64,000 nucleotides of DNA from Camelus dromedarius (Eukaryota), in assembly GCF_036321535.1 (NCBI RefSeq), contig NC_087437.1:59770001-59834000 (forward strand), written 5' to 3'. Numbering within the stretch: position 1 is the stretch's first letter; each line of letters begins with the position of its first letter. Of the stretch, positions 39,621 to 51,465 are shown one piece after another. The translations under genes and the position numbers were made by a program. The notes beneath the pieces were generated by a model, which saw only the letters and a program-made list of their open reading frames with translations, had not been told where the DNA came from and ran no database searches.

Positions 39621-42039
39621 TGGGGAAAGCCAAGGAACAGCAAGTGAAAAAGCCTTGGAGGAAGAGGAGAACGGAGGCAACAGGCAATCCAGAGGGGTTG
39701 GACTCAGGCCAGCACCTTTGAGAATCTGAAAAGATGCACCCAGACCCATACCCAGCTCACTGTGCATAAAGCTTCAGGGCATGGAGAAGGGAGTGGAGGG
39801 AAATGGGTCTGAAAGATCAGGTTGAAGCAGATCAAAAGGGGACTTCTCACCATTACCACGTGTGGCTTTGTCCTAAAGGCCACAAGGAAGGACGGCAGGC
39901 AGAACCTTCCATGGTGGCAGGTTCCCCAAGGATCTGAGCAGCTCAGGACTTGCAAATGCAATGCCACAGCCAAGGCCTGCAAGGTCTGCAAGCAGCATAT
40001 TTGGGCGCCTCTCTCCATGATGCCATCCGGCCCCACCCCCTGCAGCCTGCCCTTAGCAATGGACCACGCAAGTGCTCTCCCTTATGCTGACCTGTTCTAC
40101 CAGCCTGTTCCCCCTCCAGGGCTGGGAGCAGCAGCCTCTCTCTGGCACAAGCATCCTAACTGCCAAAGCTCTGACCTCCATGTTGTTCAATCATCCTAGA
40201 ATCAGAACCAGAACCAGCTGGAGAAAGTTTCTCTCACCCTCCTCTTCCCCATCCCCACTCATTTCCAAACACACATGGTCTTTGCCCATGAAAGGGCCAT
40301 GCAGGCTGCTGCCAGCAGGACACATGCTCTGACTTGATCATCTACCATGCAGGTGGGTTTTTCAGTCCTAGCTCCACATTCTCATCAGCACCTTGCAAGC
40401 CAGGGCAGGCCTTGGCTTTGCAGCTAGCTGTCCCAGAGCAAACGAGACATATAGCATTTGGACAGCTATCGTAGGGCTATTTCTGCAACTGCAGCAAAAT
40501 GCACACATCAGCAGTCATGAAGGATGGCTTGGAATCTGCTGCAGCAGGAGAATGCATTTCCAGAAAGTCCCCACTCATAGGACACTTTCCCCACCCTCTT
40601 TCCTCCACAGTGGTTACAAGTCAACGACGCAGTGACAGTTCAGACTGAGAGGTGAGCAGCTTCTGAGCAGACTGTTCTCTTTGCAGGAGCTGCATGGGGC
40701 TGGGCTGTCAGAGCAGCCAGAAGATGACAAAACTCTATGGTAAGCGTTTGCCAGCGGCCCGGCACATCAAGCTATTTTCACTACACAGGATACATGCTAT
40801 GACATGACACAGTAAAAAGAACACTGGAACATTCTTGAGGCCTGGCTCCTCCATTTTCTGGTTTTGTGACCTTGGGCAAATTCTGTAAATTAGGGACACT
40901 ATCCCTCCTGGCTCTCCTCTAAGAGGCTCAGGGAGTAGATGTGGTAATAAAGAAGTCCAGGCAGGTGGTCAGCTTTGGGGAGGACCAACAGGAAGATCCT
41001 GGAAGCCGGCCAGCAAGACTGCAGGCAGCCAGGCAGGGCCTCACTCCTAAAGAACCAAGGAACCCAGTAGGGCTGAGGCAGCAGGAACTCAGAGCCGGGG
41101 GCAGGGCTGAAGCCTGGCTGTCAAGCGGGAGACTACAGGCTGAGGGCCTGCCTGGTGCTGGTGGAGCCATGTCTGCACCCCTATCCTGTAGGGCCCAGGT
41201 GGGAAGGAGTCAGAGTTGGGCTGGAAAGGGCCCAACACGCCCATCACATGGCCCCCGGGCCAGCCCACAGAGGGGATGAGCACACATGCCAACACTGGGG
41301 TTTTTAAAAACCGGCTGGCTTCAGTTTCCCTCTCCCCGCCACGCAGCCCCTGTGCTCCAGCCCCTCTCCCTCAGTCCTAAACCCAGCCAGGCCCTTCCCT
41401 GCCTGTCCTCACTCTGGCTCTTCTTTCTGCTGATAATGGCCTTTCTATAGTCTTAGCCTCAGGACCTCTCTCCCACCCCAGCCCCGTCAGAGTCCTTGAC
41501 CTCAGTACCCCTGAGGGCAGCTGGTCTGCATCTGACTCCTTTCTGCGTGCCCAGTGCGGCCTCGACAGAGCAGACCCCAGACACCAGTGATAAACTTCAT
41601 TATTATTTCAACTTTAAGGAAAAGGAAATGAACCACAGGGGCCCTCAGTCCCTGCCGGGTGACCACACACTCCAGGGTCAGAGCAGCAGCCTGGAGAGCC
41701 GGGTTCAACACTGGGGCCCCAGGGAATGGGGCAGCCTCCCCTACAGGTTAGTGAGGGGATGGCTGTAAAACCCGGAATGCTGGGCAGCTGATTCCTGGGG
41801 ACCACTGCCAGTGCCTGCCCTCAATTCCTGCTTAAACAGATCCAACAGCACTGGACACAATGCTTTTTTCTCATCCGCTCAGAAATGCACACCCCCTAGG
41901 AAACAGATTCTTGCAGGCAGATAAGCATACTGAGTCATTTCCAGGAGAGCACTCCTTCTTTAGGGGCTGGACAATCACAAAGAGGGACCCCCCTGGGGCC
42001 CAACCCGCACACCCAGGGACCAAGGGCAGAATGGTGATC

Positions 42040-42255
42040 AGGAGCAGTGCCCAGGTCTGAACCCTGGCTCCACATTTACAGGCTGTGACACCTTGGGCGT
42101 GAGTTTTGCCTGTCTGCACCTCTACTTCCTCACCTGTAAAATGGGGACAGAAACAACACTGACCTCATGGAGCTGGATAATTAAACATCCAAGCACTGTG
42201 AATGGTGCTTGGAACATGACACACATTTGTTAAGTATGAGTTATTATTGTTATTA
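42040..42255 (+). mobile_element. MIR SINE
   Basis: ccaggtctgaaccctggctccac...ggctgtgacaccttgggc...ttcctcacctgtaaaatgggga...gacctcatgg...gttattattgttatta. Confidence 0.8.
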
Positions 42256-43329
42256 CAAAGTATATTTCATCATTAATTTAAACTGCAACAGAGGAAAATA
42301 AAGTTTGGGAGGCACGAATGACATTGGCTTTGCTGGGGAGTTGATATAGAGCTTTCTTGATGCACCAAGTCAGCGCCGAAGAGCCAAGGAGTGATGCCAC
42401 AATTTCATTCCTCATTTACTCGGAGGTTTATAGCTGATGCCCACCATCCAGTAGACCCCAATGAAGCTGGATTCTTAATGTCTAATAATTTAATAATCTT
42501 TCAGAAATGTCTGTAGTACTTTAGGGTTTCTGCAGATCTTCAAACAACTCGGTGAGACACACAATATGATTCTCATTTTACCACTGAAGAAAGTGAAGGA
42601 AGACTGAATTCAGTTTGATTCATTTCACGCATAACTCTCTATCAAAACCGATGAACTGGATTTTCTAGTTAACAAGAGCACAAGGAGTGACATTCTGCAA
42701 ACCGAATCTTCCGGTTACTTGAATTCTGACGAAACAGAACCTTACACCATCTTTTTGGGGTGGAGGTGGTGGGCAGGTGCACACACCAACATGGTCACAG
42801 CAGCCTGATGGAACGGGGATGGTGCAGATAAGGAATCAGGCAGATCAAGGAGCGTGAAATGGGGAGAGAGAGGCAGCTGAAGCTTGAAATGTACCTCTTG
42901 CTAAACAGAAAGGTGGCGCCAGGCTGTGCAGCGCTGAGGAGGACTGGAAAATTAATGTTTCCAGAATGAGACCTGAGTCACAGCAGCCACACCTGTGGGT
43001 GGGCAGCTCAGCCAGCTCTGTGGAGGGAGAGGGAGGGTGGGACCTTCCTCCCAAAGTAGGAAGGAAAAATGTTGGTGCATCCAGTAGGTGCCCAAGAGTT
43101 CTGGAAGGACTGTAGGCAAACAAGTGACTGAAGCCTGGAGAAACTAACCCTGCCGGGCTCTAAAAGAATGTGTCAGCACCTCAAAAATCAGATTTTCAGC
43201 CTCTCGGGTAATAGTGTTCTGTATTTTAATCACCTCTGCTAGGAAGACCCACCACAGGGAGAGGATCGGCATTCAACGCCTCTCGCACACACATTCTTGA
43301 CCGACAGTCGCCATGCTGCGTTGCATATT

Positions 43330-43590
43330 TTGGCACATCTGCTTTACTTATTTCACAAATACTCACATAGCACTTGTACCAAGTGTTGTTGTAGGCACCA
43401 GACAAATATTAATTTGTTCCATCCTCACAGCCCCGCTTCTATCCATGAAGAAGGTAGTGTTTTACAGATGATGCCCCAGGCACACTGAGGTCAGGTGGCC
43501 AGCTTTCAAGGTTACGTAGGCAGTCAGTAGCAGAGCCAGATTCAAACCCCGTCCAGTCCGGGCCCTTAATCGCTCCTCTACGCTGCCTCA
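43330..43590 (-). mobile_element. MIR SINE
   Basis: atcctcacagccc...tttacagatga...caaggttacgtaggcagtcagtagcagagccagattcaaacccc. Confidence 0.7.
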
Positions 43591-44880
43591 TTAGTATCAC
43601 CTGCAGCCCAGCTCGCAGAGAGAAGAAGGAAATGACCTGCTTCCCCAACCCAAGAGGCTGGGCCCTTCCTCCCAGCAAATGCTGGGACCCCCACCCCCTA
43701 GAACCTCCTGGCAGGCCACGCACACAGCCCTGAATGCCAGGACAGAACAAGAGCTCGCTCCACACCAGAACACCCTGTGTGGGAAGCTCTAGTGTTTCAA
43801 AATGCCTAGAGATGAGCCCAGATGTATAGCAGAGACATTTAGGGGTTCAGTTCATTTTTACCCCAATATAAAATTTAAGCTAACTTTTAGGTGATGGTAG
43901 AAGCAGTATGGTCTCAAAGCAGCCCTAGAGAAATCCCCCAAAGCTGCCACTGATGCGCCCCATGGCCATGAAGTCCAGGAAGCTCCAGGGAGCTGTGAAA
44001 ATGCACTGTCCTCACCTGGCAGGAACCCCAGAAGGTGCAAACCGCCCCCCTCAGGGCAGCAGGAAGAAGCAGCGGCTCTTTAGGACAGTGTCGTTTGGGA
44101 AAGTGACAGAAGGTGCTCGTCCCTGCTTGAAGCTGCTAACATCTACCTCACCCTGGCTCTGTGGCTTGAGATGGCCAAGCCAGCGCACCAATCGGGAGAA
44201 ATGACACACCACAGAGAAACTGTTTTTTCCTTAAAGTGGAGAATACAAGTAAGGAGCGGAGAGCAAGAGAAGGTGGTCTGTGTAGCCACGTCTGGGAAAG
44301 GGAAGTCCCTCCAGGCAGCTCCCAACAAATGCAAACATTTCCTCCAGACCCTGGCTGTCCCAAAGCTTTCCTCTTCTGTCACTTTCTTCTTTGAACAGCC
44401 CCAGACATCCTGAAAACCTTACTGCTACCTGGGCCCAGAATAAGAACGTGACCCCTGCTGAGCACTACGCCCCTGAGCTGCATGCACAGGGCAGGGGCTC
44501 AGGGAAGGCCTAGGGAACTGGGGCCCATGGGAAATCTGCTCACACATCTGTGTCCCTCAGCAGACAGCTGTCCTCAGGAGGCTGCAAGGGACTCAGGGAA
44601 AGCTATACACTAGAACATTGGCTTCCCAGGTGAGAAATGTGTGCCCACAGAGCTCTGCTCCCGAGAGGCTTCCTTCCTGCCTCTTGGGGCCTGCACCAGG
44701 AAGGAAGGCTTTTCCACCCACATTTCCAACTTGCTGATGTTCAGAAATGGAACGCCTTTCCTTGGGGGAGGGAGAAGGGCTGTGTGTGAGGGAAGGGCTA
44801 TTAACCACTCAGAAGGTGACTCAGAGGAAATGAGAGCTTCTCTGCACATCTGAATATCTGAAGGACTTTTGTGGGGAAGA

Positions 44881-44929
44881 GCATACATGCGTGCGTGCGT
44901 GCGCGCACACACACGCGTGCGCGCGCGTA
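44881..44929. repeat. 49-bp alternating purine-pyrimidine (CGTG/CG/CA) tract
   Basis: gcatacatgcgtgcgtgcgtgcgcgcacacacacgcgtgcgcgcgcgta. Confidence 0.9.
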
Positions 44930-45356
44930 GTGGAATAGTACCCAGCCATAAAAAAAGAATGAAATAATGCCATTTGCAGCAACACGGATGGACCTAGAGA
45001 TTATCATACTAAGTAAGTCAAAGACAAATATCATACAATATCACTTACATGTGGAAACTTTAAAAATGATACAAATGAACTTATTTACAAAAGAGACTCA
45101 GACATAGAAAAACAAACTTATGGTTACCCAAGCGGGAAAGGGGGGGATAAGTAAGGAATTTGGGATTAACATATAAAAATTACCATATATAAAATAAATA
45201 AAATCCTGCTGTATAGCACAAGTACATCCATTACCTTATAATTACCTATAATGAAAAATAATATGAACAGGATATATATGTGCATAACCGAGTCACTATG
45301 CTGTACACCAGAAACTAATACAACGTTGTCAATCAACTATACTTCAGTTAAAAAAG
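44930..45356 (+). mobile_element. L1 3' UTR fragment, artiodactyl-type
   Basis: cagccataaaaaaagaatgaaataatgccatttgcagcaacacggatggacctagagattatcatactaag...gctgtacaccagaaactaatacaac...aatcaactatacttca; homologous to about 9330-9780. Confidence 0.92.
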
Positions 45357-45919
45357 ACACCCACAGTAACCCTTTCCTATTATCTTAGGTGGGTCATGGA
45401 TGAGGAATGGATGGATGGAGGGAGGGAAGGAAAGAAGGAAAAAAAAGAAAACATTACCCTAATGATTCTAATGGTAAAAGAAGTTTAATCCAACTCAAGT
45501 TGCAGACATCATAAAAACGAAGCCCATGCTCTCTAATAACTAAAAACGTTCCCTCTCTGGTATAAAAGCTGTGAGTGGCCTGACTGGACACAATTCACAC
45601 TAAAACCTATACCACTGAGATGCCTACAAAATCAAAAACCCCAAGAAACAGATTGAGAGCAGCCATCCCCAAGTCTCCTTAATTACACACTCATAGCATC
45701 CATCGCCAGGGACATCCCTGGGCTGTGAGGCAAAGTGAGAAAACCACTTTTGCCAGAGGGACCCATACAAGTTGGAGCAGAAATCCAGCCTTTGCCAAAG
45801 ATGACAGAGGAGGGAGGACAGTCTACACAGGGCTCAGACACTAAGGAGGAACTTGAGTGCTCTTAAATGTTTCAATGGAAAGACTGTAATTGTCTTTAAC
45901 ATGCAAGTAAGTAGACTCT

Positions 45920-46258
45920 TCCATGGGTATCTGTAGGGGATTGGTTCTAGGACCTCTCTGAATGCCAAAATCTGTGGATGCTTAAGTTCTTTATGTAAAA
46001 TGGCAGAGTATTTGCATATAACCTACATACATCCTGCCACATACTTCAAATCATCTCTAGATTACTTATAGTACTGAATACACAGTAAATACTATGTAAA
46101 TAATTATAAATACAATGTAAATACTATGTAAATAGTTGCCAGTGTGGGGCAAATTCAATTTTTGCTTTTTGGAACTCTGGATTTTTTTTTTTTTAATCTG
46201 TGGTTGGTTGAATCACGGATGTGGAATTCATGGATATGGGAAGTGGGGTGGGCAATTG
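45920..46258. mobile_element. MER2-like TcMar-Tigger MITE
   Basis: ggtatctgtagggggattggttctaggacc...gtatttgcatataaccta...aaatcatctctagattacttata...ggttggttgaatcacggatgtggaa matches a MER2-family consensus. Confidence 0.88.
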
Positions 46259-46439
46259 TATATGCTGTAAATGGAAAAAAAAAAAAAGGTGGGGGAGCAC
46301 TAAGGCTGCAAAATGGCTGGGCATGAGGCTGCAAAACCTCTCCAGATCTGCTGTTTCGTAATTCAGGAAATAGAGGGCAGGGTCTAGGAATCATCCACCT
46401 AGGACCTCAGGCAGAGAGAGGACAGGCAGGGCACCGAGG

Positions 46440-46640
46440 CGAGGGACCCGAGTCCTAGACCTGACCAAGTGACTGAGCAACCCTGGGCAAATCTAACCCA
46501 TACCCCCATAATCAGTCTCTTCTGCAAAACGGGTATAAAACTATCTGCCTTCCTACTTTGCTGAACTAGTATGAGGAGTAAATGCAAAACCAATCTGGAC
46601 ACAGCTGAGCACTGCTCACGCCTAAGGGACTGCGGCACTG
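46440..46640 (+). mobile_element. MIR SINE, degraded
   Basis: gagtcctagacct...accctgggcaaatc...tctgcaaaacgggtataa...tgaggagtaaatg. Confidence 0.55.
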
Positions 46641-47799
46641 TTAGAACAGCTGGCAGGAGCGAAGACGCTGCAGCAGGAAGCTCACAGCGCACGGCACACA
46701 CCTGAGTTGCTGTCTGTGTGGCGGCATGTCTGTTCGAGTGCTGGGTCAGGAAAGGGCCCACGCAGAGGCTCAAGGAAGGTAATAGCTTATTCCACACCTC
46801 TGGATCAAAAGTTGCATGGGATGATAAGAGCTTCATCACAAGGGTCTGAATCCAGAAGACAGGTTCTCAAACTCAGAAATGACCCCAGGAAGCAAGTGTC
46901 TAGAAGGAGGTGAAGAGATTTCAACTTGGTCAAGTCCCATGAGGCTGTCCATAAGCTCAGCCTTAGCTGTAGCCACCCTGCACCATTCCACAGTGACAGC
47001 ACACTGCGGTACCCATGCAGCGCAGAGAACGTGCTCAAATCAGCCAACTGGAGAAGCCAGGGCAGAGAAAGGGCCCTGAGGGGGAAGGAGAAAGTAAGGG
47101 ACATCACTGGGCTGTGAGGAAAAGTGAGAAAACCACCTTCAGGGCACAGGGATGGAGCGGCACCCAGGGACAGGCACATTACAAGGAGAAGCTTGAAATG
47201 CTTTAATGCTGGTGCTTCAAAAACCCCTGACACCATCTGCTGTAAGCTGTTTTCAGTTTGTAATTTCCACAACACACATGGCTACTCATAGCTCCAGTCT
47301 GGTCAGTTTCTACACCTTTGCCATTGGACTTTCCACACTGGTCTTCTGCCCCATGGAATAGAAAAGCCAAGTCATGTTTCTCATCATGGCCAAGGGCAGG
47401 CAACTGGCCTGGAACCTCAAAGGCAGCTTCACATAAGGCAGGATGCAGCCTCTTCCTGCACAGCAGGCTCCTGTTCCAAGTCAGGACAAAGTCTTTCTGG
47501 CTTCAAAAGGTGGCCCGATCCCCCCTCCTGCCCTACAGCAGCCCCTCTGTGTTCTGGGACCATTATCCACTATTGACCAGCACCAAGGGAAGACTGGATT
47601 ATGGAGGACAGGAAGCAGGGAGAGGGCAGGTCACTCACTGAGCACCCCTGAGCCTGGTGTTGTGTGATATGTATATGACATCACTTCATTCTCAACTGTT
47701 CATTGAGCACACACAGGACTAGGCCAGTGGAAAACACTGGCACAAACAGGGGAAAGAGAAGGCAGAAGTTCCAGCCTCAGAATCATCAGGCAGGCTTTT

Positions 47800-48010
47800 C
47801 CAAACACATCCTTTTACCTGCATTGTGACACTTGAGTCATGTTTCTCAAATATGGGCAGCAGAAATCCCTTTACAACCAATATGCTGGGCATATCCCCAT
47901 TTCACAGATGAGGAAATTGAGGCTTTAAAAGGTTTAAATATGTTATGTAAAGTAATAAGACTAATAAGTGGTGGAATCAGGAATCTACCCCAGCTCTGTC
48001 TGACTTCAAG
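47800..48010 (-). mobile_element. MIR SINE
   Basis: atccccatttcacagatgaggaaattgaggct...aggtttaaata...ctaataagtggtggaatcagga...tctgtctgacttc. Confidence 0.8.
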
Positions 48011-48239
48011 GTTGAATAATTTCCTATGTTCTGGTCTATCTAACAATGTAATAAAAGCACATATATTCCCAGAAAACTAAGTGATTTGGTTTTATCCCTA
48101 TGGCTAAAGTTCAGTTCCCTCTACTTCCTCTTTTTTTTTCCCCCCTACTTCCTCTTGATTTCATGCTACTATCTGAAAATAATAACCAAGCCTTAAAACT
48201 CCAAGATGTTCTTAGAGAACCAGAGCTGGGAGGCGAGAG

Positions 48240-48700
48240 TGACAATGTTTCATTAGTCAAGGGCCCTGTCCTCAAAAAGTTCACAGCCTTGTCGGGGGAG
48301 GCACGCACACGCGCACGTACACACACACACACGAAGCATCTGCCGTCTAAGTTATGAGCTGCTGGATGATCTCAGGAGAGTTAGTGCGGAGGAGGGGGTG
48401 TTACAACTGGAAGCAAGGAGGCCCTAGGGGGCTCTCTGGAAATGGTGGCTTTTCACATGGGCCTTGAAGGATGAGTGGGGCAAACAGAAGAGCAGGATGG
48501 AGGGAAGGCGTCCTAGGCAGAGGGAAGGGCACCTCCAGAGGCCACACGTGCAGGTGGACACCTATTTGGGAGACAGTGGGGATTCAGCGCAGCTGAAACA
48601 ACAGGTACAGGGAGATGGTGGGAGACAGGGAAGGTGAGGGGGGAGGGTGGGCAAACTGCAAAGGGACCGGTATGGCGGGCTAAGGAGTTTGGACTTGAGA
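48240..48700 (-). mobile_element. L2 fragment containing a CA/CG microsatellite (48301-48333)
   Basis: ccctgtcctcaaaaagttcacagcct...gggccttgaaggatgagtg...cctaggcagagggaa...ctaaggagtttggactt. Confidence 0.6.
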
Positions 48701-50151
48701 ATTAGTACAATGCCTAACATACAGCAGGAGCTCAAAAAAGTTTGTCAGAGTGAAGTTATCTGTTAATTTGGGGCCAGGGAGGACAGGGATGGGGTAGGCT
48801 GTCCCTTGGCTGCAGAGCACAGAGCTGTCAGTTATCCAAGAGACTGTGTCCAGTGTGAAATGAAACTGAAAGCCAAGTGGACAGTTAGTGGCAGAAAATG
48901 GTGTGCAGGGATGGAGAGGGAACCAGGGCATTGGGGTCAGAATGAGCAGCAGGAAGGAGGCAAGGCCTGGAGGTACCTCTGAGTTATAGAGATGGGACCA
49001 CAGACACTTTTATAGGGGACTCAGCCCCTCAGCTGCAGGCGGGGCCAGTTTGTCCACACTGTGTATTCTTGACACCAGGGCCTGTGGCTCATCCACTGAG
49101 CCTGACACAGAGCAGACACTCGACAGATACATGTGGAATCCTTAACAGCTGAGCTGTCAGTCACCAAGTGAGTGCAGATGAGCTCAGATGTCCTGAGAGG
49201 AGAGGACACAGGCCACCTCCCAGAGATGCACACAAGAATGAAATGCTCAGCTCTCGTTAATTGCCTAAGGTCTGGATCTGGGGTGATTCCAGGGCCAGGC
49301 CTGGTGAAATCCTCAGCGGGAGTCTGAGTCTCCGCTCCGTTCCCTCCCAGAGCTGGGCTGTGATGGGCTGCGCTTCGCCCACATCCCTGGATGCTTTCTC
49401 CCAGACAAGGATCCCTCCTAGCTTCTGGAGATTCTGCTCCAGACGTAACACAAGCCCATCCAGGAGGCATAAGACGACATTTCCCGAGCCCTCCACCCTC
49501 GTCTAGGGAGACAAGCCCTCCTCTGTCTTTAGGCCATCTGGAGCACACAGAAGCACAGAGGTCAGCCTTTCCCAGTCACAGGCTGAAGGGGTGCAGCCCT
49601 GGTGAAATTCTGACGTGCAGCGAATGCGCACTAAAAGCAGCTCTTGGGAATTTTGAGACCAACCAAAAATCAATGGTGCAAACAAAGCATTTACGCTTTT
49701 GAGAAGCCATCCCCTCCCCTCCATTTCTTTCCCCTGACTCCTTCCACGTGGAATTATGGCCAAATCCCAGTGGTTAGTTCTTAAGTTAGTCTCTACGTAG
49801 CATGAGCACCATCCAACAGAGAAAGCCTTATCTTCGCATGCAATCCACAGCCAGTAACAGTTCACTGCTGACACGGGAAACCAGGAGAAGGGGGCAGGCC
49901 GGGTAAGAAGAATTCATAAGAGATGGGCTGCTATTCCTCTTCACCTTGGAAGTCCAGTCAAAAGCCAAATTCTGACCCAAGAATGGCCCAACATCCCCCT
50001 CCTGGGTCGAACAGATGGTGGGTCCAGATACACAGTCAACCTCAGCAGTATTTCTAACCCTAAATACATCAGCCTTTCACAGCTTCCTTCCTCCACATTA
50101 TCCCGACCTCCAGTCCTCCCCCCGACCCTTCCCTGCTCTGCCACCTTGAAT

Positions 50152-50284
50152 TTAGGGTGATAACACATTCTCAGGTGTCCTAGGACAGGCCTTACCCTTG
50201 TGGTCCTGGATAAGCATCCCCTCTTCACTCTCAAAGTGTTCTAGTTTAAACAATAAATAAATGGTGAAGTTAAATGGTCACCCC
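50152..50284. mobile_element. MER94-like hAT-Blackjack MITE
   Basis: Inverted termini tagggtga...ggtcacccc with internal ttcactctcaaagtg. Confidence 0.7.
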
Positions 50285-51289
50285 ACCTATGCTGTACTTC
50301 CTCCAGGACTATTTCTCATGGTGTTTATCTTAATTACAACAGGCAGGCAGCTCTAGAAAGTGGAGTGTAACTCAGACTGCATCCATCTTCCTTCTTCCCT
50401 TCTCCCTCATCCTTTAAATTGTACCCCCCATCTTGTTCTGGAAGGATTTAGCTAGCAAATTGCCAGCATTCATCCTATAGAGAGCCACAAGCTTGCTATA
50501 CAGGTGTACCCAAGTTTGGCTCAAAAATTCTATTAGTCAACTGAAAAAAAAAATCTAATTAGTTGTAAAGAAGGAGAAACCAATCAATTATCTAGGAGAA
50601 ATAGGACTATTCGTGACTCTAAGGCCAGAGAGAAGAGTCTCCAGTTGGGCTGTCAAGGAGGCCCTTCTGCACGCCATTGACAATGTCCCAACGTCCCCAC
50701 TTCCATGCCTGCGCAGAAGGCAAGGCTTGGGGGCTGGGGTCTCCGCGGACCAGCACTGCCCAGGCTTGTTCACCAGGCAGCACCGAAGAGACACAGCATG
50801 GGGGATGAGAAGCAGCAAAAACACAGGCCTATCCCCCTCCTTCCCCTCCCCTTGGGTTTCTCTCCTCCTTTCCTCCCGGTCTAGACCTTCAGTCTCCTAA
50901 AAGCACCTTTAGATACTGAGAGCAGTTCAAAGATGCTCTCATACACAGTAAAGTTAAAGTAGTCGCCCACTCTGATAAATGGTGGACCTGGGGATCTTTT
51001 TATTTTCTTCCAAAATTACATTTCTGGACCAGAATCACATTTGGCCTTGGCATTTTGTGATTAGGCAAGTCTGGGGTTAATAAGAAAAACATTTGATAGA
51101 ATTTTAAATTACCAATTAAAAAATCAACTATTTTGAGTAATGGGAGAAAATATTTGAGAAAAACAAAGTTGGAGCACCCAGACTGTCTCTATCAGCCTCC
51201 AGGAACCAGCTGACCAAAGTCCTCAGAAGGTCCAGGCCAACTGGAAAAGGGCATTTGGTCAGCTTTTTGCCTCAATGAACTTTTAGACC

Positions 51290-51465
51290 CAAAATCTCAA
51301 CCTGGCAGTTCTGGGGCTGAATCTGGTGCACCACTGTGCTGTGTGTGGCTGGCAGGCTGCTTTAATTGTCACTATTTTAAAATCAGGAGCTTCTACATTA
51401 ACAACACAGATTTCTGGCTTCTTTAAGGGAAAAAAAAAAATCAGAACACTGGGCAACACTGGGCA
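51290..51465. mobile_element. Probable hAT-Charlie fragment (MER102-like; uncertain)
   Basis: ggggctgaatctgg...tttaaaatcaggag...cagatttctggcttct...ctgggcaacactggg. Confidence 0.4.

Noticed and set aside
39000..46000. Orthologue of human MIR3137, which I recall lying in this XXYLT1 intron
   Set aside because: I could not find its hairpin sequence by eye; a BLAST search is needed to confirm absence
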